A DNA stretch of 64,000 nt, from NCBI GenBank assembly GCA_963693365.1, contig CAVNZM010000008.1, positions 434,001-498,000 of the forward strand, read 5' to 3'. Under the pieces are notes generated by a model. That model was not told the DNA's origin and searched no databases. It saw only the letters and a list, made by a program, of their open reading frames with translations. Position 1 is the first letter of the stretch, and every line of letters starts with the position of its first letter. Positions 53,768 through 64,000 of this stretch are shown here, piece after piece. The translations under genes and the position numbers were made by a program. Source of the stretch: Amoebidium appalachense (Eukaryota > Protista > Ichthyosporea).

Positions 53768-53850
<83 letters not shown>

Positions 53851-53979
53851 CGGGCACACATCGACACAAAAGGAATACACACACAAAACAGGGACGTCCA
53901 GGTGCATGGTTAGCATGCACCCATCCATTAACCCTTTCACACTAGTCTATAAGTTACAAAGTTACAATGCCACACAACA

Positions 53980-54076
<97 letters not shown>

Positions 54077-54796
54077 CAAAATTACATTTCTCCCCTCCTT
54101 CCCCCATCCCGTTCCCCCCTTCCCCCTGTGGAGCCTGCCCGTTTTAACCCCAGCGCCCACATCTCATTCCTTTTCTACAGTGTGTCCTCCCCTCCCCCCC
54201 CCCCCCCCCCCCCCCCCCCCCACCCTGCCTTCCCCCCCCTCCCCCCCTCGCCTCACCCCGTCTCCCCTGTCCCCTTCCCCCCCTCCCCTCCCACCCCCCT
54301 CCCCCCCACACACACACAAACACACACACCAGCACCACCACAGTCACCACCCTCCCTACTCCACTCTTTTGGCACAAGCCTTTCATCATCCCCAGCCCCT
54401 CTTCTCCCCCCCCCCCCCCCTCCTTCGCCCTCTCGATTTCTCCTAATAATTTTGCTTCCTTGCACGTCGGCATAACATCCCCGGTAAATGAATACAGGCC
54501 CCGTAGTTTGTAACACATTATTTCTTAATCCCCTCCCCCCCTTCCCCCAGCTTCTTTCAGGACCCTACCAACCTTCTCATTGTGGAAAATGCTTTCTAAC
54601 CAAACCCCCCCCCCCCCCCCCCACCCTCTCCCCTATCACCCTGTAAATACCTTTATCTGCACCCCTCCTCCCCTCTCCTCCCATCGTCAAAACACAGTGG
54701 CACTAACCTTCATCACCACCCCCCCCCCCCCCCCCCCCCCCCCCCCACCACCAAAAAAAAAAAAAAAAACCCCGACCCACCTCCTCCTTCCCCCCC

Positions 54797-54828
<32 letters not shown>

Positions 54829-56770
54829 CCGTCCCCCTCTCCACACACACACGCACAGGCACCCGGTGTGTTTCCCCGTCTTGGCCTAGTGGCCCTCACA
54901 CTCACAGCCAATCAGCTGGAAGCAGTCAGGGCACATGAGGGGGTGGTGGCAGTGGAGGAGGCGCAGACCATCTACACGTATGGGAGAGATGCACCCTCTT
55001 GGGGATTGGACAGAATCAACCAATGGGAGTACCCGCTGGATGGCGATGCTACTTATTTTGGAAATGGGAGCGGGGTCGATGTCTACGTTCTCGGTGGGTG
55101 GTTCGTGGACAGGGGGGGGAGGGGGGAGGGGGGTAAGGGGAATTAGGGGGCGGGGGTGCGGGGGGAGGGTGGGGGGGGGGGGGGGGGGGGGGGGTATTTG
55201 TGTGGTGGTGATGGTGTCCTGCGGGAGGAAGGGGAGGGGGGAGGGGCGGGGCGGGGAGAGACGGTGTTTTGAAAATTGAAGTGTCAGTGGAGGGGGAATA
55301 TTGGCAGAAGACAGGCCGGCCAGAGCGTGGAATCCAATACGCATATATGGCAGGCACTAGGGCTAGGACGTACTGGTGCAAATTCCGTGGGATTGGTTTC
55401 CAACAGTGCACACTCCAGATCCCCCCCCCCCCCCCCCCCCCCCATCCCCCCCCCCCCCCCCTCCCCCCCCCCCCCCCCCCCCCCCGGCCCCCGGCTCCCA
55501 ACTACTCCATTCCTCCTTTTCCCTCCCTCCCTCCCACCTCTCCCTAAATCTCTCCTGCAGTAGGTTAACACCCATCGGCCATTCAGGGCATATGGCTTTC
55601 TTGGGCCCATTCCACATGCAACGACTTACTCCCTTAATCCCGTACCTGTTAGTCTGTTTTCTACCTCAGCCCTTTGCTATGCATTCCCTCCCTCCTCTCC
55701 TATTCACAAGGCTCTTTCCCAACTCTTTTACCCGTTCCTTGGCCGTTTCTCATTTATAATACCTGTGATACATGTACTGCACACACACACACACACACAC
55801 GTACAAACGTGTACACACACACATACATAGATACGGGCATCGACATAGACCACCCGCAGTTTGAGGGGCGGGCCCAGAACCTCTACACCTTCTTCGACAC
55901 CTACACAGACTCGGTAGGCCACGGCACACACGTGGCAGGTGGGCGATCCTTGGAATGTGTGGAATGTGTGGAATGCAGGTGTTGGTTTGTGATGCTAAAC
56001 GGTGCTTAGAGTGAAAAACATGACCATGGTGCTCACATCTATACGTGGTAGCTGGTGTGAGCAAACTTGTGAATGGAGGGTGTGGGTGTATGTGTATGTA
56101 TGGTTGGGTGGTATGAAGAGCAGTGTGTGTGTCCGTTTTGGGGGGGAGAGGGGGCGGAAGGGGGCGGTGGAGAAATAATGAAGAGATCAGGAGGGGGGGG
56201 AGGGGGGGGGGGGGGAAGGGGGGAGGGTCGCTACTGATGTATGGGTGCTTATCTGTCTGCACCATTCAGCTGACCTGATGCTAAATAAGGCTAATATCCC
56301 ACAGGTATCATTGGTTCAAAGGAGTTTGGGGTGGCCTCGGGAGTCAATCTGTACAGCGTTAAGGTAAAGAAGACCCCTATCCTCCCCCCTTTCCCATGTT
56401 GCCTGATGCTTTGATGTTTCAGTCATGGCCTCTCTCGATTCCTCCCCCCTTTTCCCCACTGCTTTGCACCACCATTTTTTGAAACCTGTTCCAGAGCTAG
56501 TGTCTTTCTACAATAACCACATTGTTATTGGTTAGTTTTAGCACATTGGACCATGCTGCCGGGCATGATCACTAACCACTAATGGGCTGGTTGTAGCACA
56601 GTAGGCCGTGCTGGCATATAATCGCTCAAATATGACCGACGGATCCCTGACACACAGACACGCACGCGCACACACACACGCGCGCACACACACACACCCT
56701 TCTTCCCCTCCCTATTCACACACACGCCGACACACACATTCACACCACACCCACAGACGCGCATACACAC

Positions 56771-56813
<43 letters not shown>

Positions 56814-56826
56814 GCGCACACACACA

Positions 56827-56879
<53 letters not shown>

Positions 56880-57854
56880 CCCCCCTCCCCCCCCCCCCCC
56901 CCCCCCCCCCCCCACACACCAGGTTCTCGAACAACTCACAGGCACTGTTGAAGGAGTATATGGTGGTCTGGAGGCCGTCTTAGCCCATTACAACGGCACA
57001 CGGCCAGGAATCATCAACATGAGCACAGGGGGGAGCTATTCCTATTGGCTTAATCATAAGGTCGGGGAGATGGTCAAGAGGGGCATACTGGTGGTGGCTG
57101 CGGCAGGTAACGGGGCCACGGATGCATGCGGCATATCACCGGCATCAACACCCGAGGTTTTGACTGTGGGGGCATCGGAGTTGGGCGATTTGGTGGCATC
57201 ATACTCTAACTGGGGCAGGTAAGAAAAGGGGTGGGGGAGGGGGGGGAGAGGGGGGAGGGGAGGGGGGGCTGGGGGGGGGGGGGGGGGGAGAGGGGAAGGG
57301 GGGGATCGGTTGGATATTCATCTGCGGATGACACATAAAGCTTATTGTTGTTTGGTTACAGAACTAGGAGCTTATCTTTGTAAATCTTCGGCAAATGTAA
57401 TACCTATGCATGCGCATGCCACTTTCACATATAATAAACGCTGTGCATTGTTGAGACATGTAACCCCTATGGATGCTAATGCCACATATAACCCCCATGC
57501 ATGCTAACACCACATACAACCAACATGCATGCTAACACCACATACATCCATAATCCCCTATTCATGCTACTACCACATATAGCCCCCGTGCACGCTAACA
57601 CCACATACATCCCCCTTGAATAACCCCACTGCATGCTACAGGTGTGTGGACCTGTATGCCCCCGGCACAGGCATCTGGTCCACCGTGCCCACCACTTTCC
57701 TCCCCCCCACTGGCCTGAGGGCTGCCAGTGGCACCAGCCAGGCTGCCCCCCATGTGACTGGCGTGGCTGCACTGTTCCTGGGTGCTTTCCCTGGCGCTAC
57801 ACCCGGACAGGTATGCATGCACGCATGCAGGCACACAGATACGGCACACACACG

Positions 57855-57886
<32 letters not shown>

Positions 57887-58722
57887 CAGATGACAGACAC
57901 ACAAACGAGCAAGCACACGGCGGTACGCGCACACGCACACACACTGCACACATTGCACACCTTTCAACCGGAACTCTCCGTCCTCCCCGTCCTCCCACCC
58001 CCCCCCCCCCCCCCACCCCACCACCACCACCACCACCATAGTCCCCATCCCCTGCCATTCTCTTTTCTATCATGTCGGCAGGACACCATCAGAAACGAAA
58101 TAACGAGACAGAATTTGTGGACGGCACCTCTGCTGCTGCATTTGATTGGCCCTGTTGGTGCCATGACCCTACGACTCAGTGGGTAGGATGAGTTCATCCC
58201 TGATATGCAGATTCGATCACCTTGTCTAGTCGCCTCCTGCAAATAAGCCTACACACTATGTCCTACCACCACATCTTACTCATCCCTCCCTCCCCCCCCT
58301 CCCCCCCTCCCCCCCACAACACCAACACCTGGGTCCATTGCCACCCCACTTACACCCCCCCCCCCCCCCTCCCCCCACAGACACAGGAGGCCATTCTTGG
58401 GAGTGCACAGGCAGACCGACTGCATGGACTTAGCCCCATCACATACACCGCCAACCTGCTGCTGAGTGCAAACCTTAAACCAGTCATTATTAGCCCCACA
58501 CAGCACACAGTCACACAGACACGCACAGGGAACACAGTCACACAAACGGTCACAGAGAGCACAGTCACACAGGGCGCAGTCACACAGACAGTCACGCAGA
58601 CAGTCACAGAGAAACCAGCCACACAGACAGTCACGGTGACAGAGCAGTGCACACAGATACCACCCACGGACTCAAGTACCCCGGGGGAATTCAATACGAT
58701 GACAACAATGTTGCATGCGTGA
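52872..58722 (+). CDS. Secreted subtilisin-like serine protease (S8A, proteinase K family) with I9-type prodomain and Thr-rich C-terminal tail
   Basis: Exons 52872-53123, 54859-55093, 55831-55938, 56305-56363, 56923-57218, 57642-57810, 58381-58722, all phase-consistent. Signal peptide [12 protein letters not shown]; RYIVG; SWGLDRINQ; catalytic D (VLDTGI), H (GHGTHVAG), oxyanion N (AAAGN) and S ([10 protein letters not shown]). The last exon end is less certain. Confidence 0.92.
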
Positions 58723-58971
58723 TGCCTGGGCGATAGTGCGCGGGGGGGGGGGGGGGGGAGGGGGGGGGGGGGGAGGGGGGGGGGGGGGAGAAAGACGAAT
58801 ACATGGCCTGGGAGTTCAGACCAGGGAGATTTTGATGAAAAGTTTGGGAGTAGAGGCGGGAATGCGGAGATTCAAACAAGCGCAACACTCTTCAAAAAAT
58901 ACCACAGCCATAGATGCACAATGTCAGGCACACACACACGTGCATGTTCGCGCACGCACCCACACATACAC

Positions 58972-59033
<62 letters not shown>

Positions 59034-59038
59034 TACAC

Positions 59039-59115
<77 letters not shown>

Positions 59116-59778
59116 CACATTTCACACACACACTGCACATTCCGAGCACACACACACAGCCACACACCCAGCACACATAAACACACACTCACACGTGCCC
59201 TTGGTCAAGCATACCACATGCACGAATACAAGTATTTGCTGTACACTTGAGCCAAGAGCACAAACAACCACAAACAGCCAGGTCACACCTCTTAGACACT
59301 AACTTCCATATTTGCACCTTTAATTTTTAACTTTATTTCGTAGAAATACAGCACATATGTACAGATACCCCTACTCTGTGGGGTAGTAAACATGTAAACA
59401 ACACACTGGAAATTGTGTAATTTTCGGTAGTGGAAGTGGTTTGAATTTCAGATGAAACTGTGTAAATATGTTGATCAAGAGTGATTAAGTGTACATGATG
59501 AGAATAAGACTGTGTTTTGTACAGCCTGGGCATTGCAGACTAAAAACCCGATTAAAAAAAAAGACCTTATAAATGTTGGTGCCCCGCCCCCCCCTCCCCC
59601 CACCCCCCCTAGGACAGGTATCCAAGGGTCGATGTGGTTGGCCGTCATATATCAAGTCCTCTAACCTGCATTTTGTGCAGGGTGCCTAATATTACTTTGC
59701 TCTACATTACATCTTCCCCCCCTTTCCCCCCCCCATCCCCTCCCCCTCCCCCCCCCTCCCCCCCCAAAACACGCACAC

Positions 59779-61622
59779 CTTACGACCCCCTCACACTCTC
59801 CATGATGCGTGCAGCAGCCTCCCTCAGTTTTCCCCCACCACCCACCACCCCCCTCCATCTGTGCCATCCACAGGGCCACCACTGCCCCCACAACGATTAA
59901 CCCCCACCCTCCAAACCAACCACTCTTGTCCTTGCTGCCTGCCTGCTGCTGCCCTGGACTGGTGAACGGTGCAAACATCTCCGTGTTCATCTGGAGGGGT
60001 GGGCGGGTAGTTGGGGGGGGGATGAAGATAAATGTGTGGTATCTACTAACAAAGACGATAATAGAGGAGGGAGGGGAACCGGGGGGGGGGGGGGGGGGGA
60101 GTTTCCAAAAAGATGAACGGAGAATATGGAGCAATGACCGAGCAGGCCCCGGAAAGGGCTGGCTACACGTGTCAATTAACAGATGCTTTCATGGGCCTGA
60201 GTGCCGTGGGCCCAGTCAACTATCAGGGGTGAGGGGGGGAGGGGCGGGAGAGAGAGAGACGGGGGGGGGGGGGGGGGGAAGGGGTGCCCGCAGGCGGGGA
60301 GAGGGAGGGACGAGAGAGAGGGGGGAGGGAGCGGGAGGGGGCAGTGATTGAATGTGGGTGTAGATGTCCGTGTGTGGAGGGATAGGGGGGAGGGGGGGGA
60401 GGCGGGGAGAGGGTGTGTGTGTGTGTGTGTGAAAAGGGGAAGGTGTGGACCGAGGGAGGAGGGTGAAGTGAGGTGTGGGGACGGTTGAAGGGGAGATCAA
60501 GGTAGAGCAACGAAGCGTGCAAGGCAGAGACATGATGGGAAGGGCACTACGTAATTTTCAAAGCCCATCACATCCAGGTACCCACCTTGATGATGGCATC
60601 ACGTGCACCAGGCCATGCCCCATGGCCCCTCAGGCGATACTGGGTGGGTGTGCTTGGCCCCACCATGCACAGCCACCACACATACGGGTCGGTGGCAAGC
60701 AGCCCAGCCAGAGAGGGCCTGCAGCCAATCTCCCCGGCCAGGTCCTCCATGTAGGGCAGGTAGTCCACCTGCGCTATCTTTAGCACACGGCACTAAAAAT
60801 AGACGTCTGGGCACCATGTAGGGCAAGGGCTGCCTGTCCTAGCATTCAGAGTCCTCCAAAGTCAACCCACGGCATGCTCCTCCCCCCTCCCCCCCCCTTC
60901 CCCCCCCCCTCCCCCCCCCCCCCCCCCCCCCCCCGGCTTCTCATACGCATGTACGCACAGCAAACACACACACAGTTACACATCCACCGGCCCACCACCA
61001 ACACACACACGCACACCCTCTGTGTTTTAATCCATCATATGCCACCTTGCCACACACCTGTATGGTGTGCCTCTTTGACTGCACATATCTCTTAGCCATA
61101 TCACTCTTGTACCGATCGATCCACCGGTCCATGCTTTCTAGGTCGGGTAGTGTGACCCGGCCCGACCAGACTGCACAAGCCCAGCGACACTGCATCTCAC
61201 TCATAGGCATGATGGCACCTAGGGGCTGGATCATGCCAGAAAATGCCAGACTGGTGTAGCGCACAGGAAATACGTTCTTGTACAGCCGCACGTGGTTGTC
61301 CTGGCACACAAAGCCCGTGGAAGGGTCTAGAAATGGAACGTCGATCTGGTAGCCCGTGCACAAGATCACAGCGTCGCACGTGACCTGGGTGTGAGTATGC
61401 ATGTGTGTGTGTGGAGGGGTAGGGGTGTGTGTGTGTGTGTGCAGGTGTAGTATTGGTACGCATGTGGGTTAGCATTGTGTGTCTGTGCGAGAATGGAGAG
61501 GCTTGCACACAAACAGAGAGAAAGAGTTTCGGAAGGGGTCTCGAAGAATTTTTGGGTTCTGCATGCTAATATGGGTTACCATCACGCACGCACGCACACG
61601 TGCGCGCGCACGCACACACACA

Positions 61623-61702
<80 letters not shown>

Positions 61703-63463
61703 CGTACGGACACACACACACACCTCCGATCCGTCCTCGCAGACCACCCCCGTCTGTGTGAAGCATCTTATGTCAGGGCGCACACACACACTGCCCGTGA
61801 TGATGCGTCCTATCAACTCCCCTGCCCCCCCATGTGTCCTGTTAGTCAACCGCCCTTCACACTGTGAAACATGCTGCTCTAGAGGGTACACTTCCATATA
61901 AGGCAAGTCACACACCTAGCGTGGCACCATGCACCCTGAACAAGAAAACGACTTTACCCCAATGGGCTGCAGGCATGCATGCAACCAATAGGAACCAAGC
62001 GGCCTGTGCTCACTTGCTTGTTTGCAGTGTTATAAATTGTATTCCGTAACTTCAAGGATCTTATGGTGCAGAGGATGGCATTCTGAGCAGAGGGGCATGA
62101 TAGAGATCTTCATCAACATGGGGGCATATTAAAGGTTGATATTTCATGGGGCAACATCACGAGGTATTCTTTCAAGGGAACTTGGCGGATTTTGTCCTTA
62201 AACGGGGGGGGGGGGGGGGAGAGGGGGGGGGGGGGGGGGGGAGGGGGGACAAAGAGTTATCATCCCGGGGGAGGATGGGGGTGGAATAGATATATCTCGC
62301 GAAGGAGTTTAGCACAGGAATTGTGTGACTGAAAGACAGAGAAGATCTATAAACTTACAGGAAGGACAGGTTAAGGAGCAAGGGTTCAATATAGACTATG
62401 TACCCCGTCAGACTAGCAAAATTTAGCCGCCACCAGCTTATATTGCAATGATATATGACGTCACACCGATTTACTACCATCAGAGTCACATAACATCGGT
62501 CAAAGTCACATAACATCTTAGCCGGCGGCGACTAAATTTTGCTAGTCTGACGGGGTACATAGCCTGTTTTGAACCCTTTCACCTAAAGGTATTAATGCAC
62601 TGCAAGCATAGACGAGGATGCTATTTATAGCCCTACCGTTGATGGTGGGGTGGGCCCGGAACATTCCATGGCGGGGGCTGATGCCTAATTTGGAGGTGTC
62701 CCCCCAGTGCAGGCGGAGCGTAGACTGGGCCAGAAACTGCCGCACAAAAAGGGGCAGAAGGCTCATGAGCCGGCAATTTCCTGTGGGTGTGGTGGCCTTA
62801 TTAGCAGTTGCTTTATTTGGCTATTTGCTAATGACCGGGGGAGAAGGAGGAAGGGGGGAGGGGGGGGGGGGTAGGGGGATGGGTGTTATTTGCTTGCATG
62901 CAAAGAGGGTGTGTGTGTGTGTGTGTGTGTGTGCGTGTGTTTGTTTGTGTGTGTGTGTGTGCGCGCGCGAGCGCGTGCGGGTGTCCCCACCTCTTCCCTG
63001 CCTTCATCATTATTGTCAATAGTATTATCATCCGATTATCATCATCATTATTGTCAATAGTATTATCATCATTATCATCATCATTATTGTCAATAGTATT
63101 ATCATCATTATCATCATCATTATTTGTCAATAGTATTATCATCATTATCATCATCATTATTGTCAATAGTATTATCATCATTATCATCATCATTATTATG
63201 GCGTCTGTGTGTGTATGTACTAAAGCCCAGCACCGTGTGCAGGCTGGGAGGGAAGGAGGCACCTGTTAGAGGGGCATGGTGACTGCACGTGGATATGCCT
63301 GTGTGTGCCTGCATGCGCTGTGCGGCACAAACGGGCCGGGGGAGCAAGTAAGGGAGAGTGCATACATGAGAGGGTGGGGGGAAATACCGAAATGATCGAG
63401 GGGCACACCACCAAGCACCCAGCGGGGGGATATCCAGGCTCCACTGCGCGTGCTGAGATATAT
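59779..63463 (-). CDS. Flavin-containing monooxygenase (dimethylaniline monooxygenase/FMO family), 3' half; gene continues beyond the window
   Basis: Minus-strand exons 63463-63388 (YLSTRSGAW), 62780-62637 (HPTIN), 61821-61724, 61384-61058 (DAVILCTGY, LYKNVFP, SEMQCRW, RHTIQ), 60768-60586 (VDYLPYMEDLA..IGCRP, QYRLRGHGAWPGARDAI), and 59990 to about 59779 carrying a hydrophobic anchor (WGLIVVGAVVALW). The 3' end is uncertain. Confidence 0.9.
62396..62562. mobile_element. Small MITE in an FMO intron (TA-flanked, Tc1/mariner-like)
   Basis: ctatgtaccccgtcagactagcaaaatttagccgcc is inverted at ggcgactaaattttgctagtctgacggggtacatag with one mismatch; internal direct duplication of agtcacataacatc. Confidence 0.8.
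63004..63198. repeat. ~36-bp (TCA/TTA)-derived minisatellite
   Basis: tattgtcaatagtattatcatcattatcatcatcat repeated about 5 times. Confidence 0.9.
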
Positions 63464-63521
63464 CTGCAGGGATATGTGTGAGATATAATGTGCGTCCTGA
63501 GATGAACCTGGATGGGCACAT

Positions 63522-64000
63522 ATGAGATATACTGAGCGTGCTGAAATATACCTGCCTGACATATGGTATATATTGCCGGTGCTGAGATATATCTGTGTAT
63601 GTACACATGAGATATACTGAGCGAGCTGAAATATACCTGCCTGACATATGGTATATATTGCCGGTGCTGAGATATATCTGTGTATGTACATATGAGATAT
63701 ACTAAGCGTGCTGAAATATACCTGCCTGACATATGGTATATATTGCCGGTGCTGAGATATATCTGTGTATGTACACATGAGATATACTGAGCGAGCTGAA
63801 ATATACCTGCCTGACATATGGTATATATTGCCGGTGCTGAGATATATCTGTGTATGTACATATGAGATATACTAAGCGTGCTGAAATATACCTGCCTGAC
63901 ATATGGTATATATTGCCGGTGCTGAGATATATCTGTGTATGTACATATGAGATATACCGTGCAGGTTGAAATATACCTGCATGACATATGGTATATATTG
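63522..64000. repeat. 85-bp tandem repeat in an FMO intron, with alternating variants
   Basis: atgagatatac recurs at 63522, 63607, 63692, 63777, 63862 and 63947. Units 2-5 alternate tgagcgag and taagcgtg, giving a 170-bp higher-order period. Confidence 0.93.

Noticed and set aside
59809-60351. Plus-strand ORF as an extra subtilisin exon
   Set aside because: The minus strand gives a phase-compatible FMO exon with the expected hydrophobic C-terminal anchor, which explains the region better.

Overview
Eukaryotic genomic DNA that is intron-rich and saturated with microsatellites and poly-C/poly-G runs. The gene content suggests an opisthokont-like protist, but this is inference. Almost all ORF-track entries are translations of simple repeats. 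Genes rebuilt by splicing are: a 17-exon TBC1D5-like Rab-GAP (+, 739-14210), an intronless Ser/Thr kinase (-, 41811-42809), a secreted proteinase-K-type subtilisin (+, 52872-58722), the 3' half of a flavin-containing monooxygenase (-, 63463 to about 59800) and a spliced Cys-rich unknown gene (+, about 33187-35778). The most interesting object is a Penelope-like retroelement with a Naiad/Chlamys-type RT (about 18354-19545). Its 3' region is a stack of structured RNAs: a duplicated pseudoknotted motif (20208-20534), a ~350-nt run of hairpins (21005-21346) and tandem 246-bp terminal repeats (21411-21900). These repeats, and a diverged solo copy inside a TBC1D5 intron (10288-10570), contain all hammerhead core nucleotides (CUGAGGA, GAAA, GUH). 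The strand order is non-circularly permuted, and a helical domain is inserted between A9 and G10.1. Stems I, II, III and an extra helix show compensatory changes between copies. All folds were done by eye and are untested. Several MITEs, minisatellites and retroposon tails are also present.
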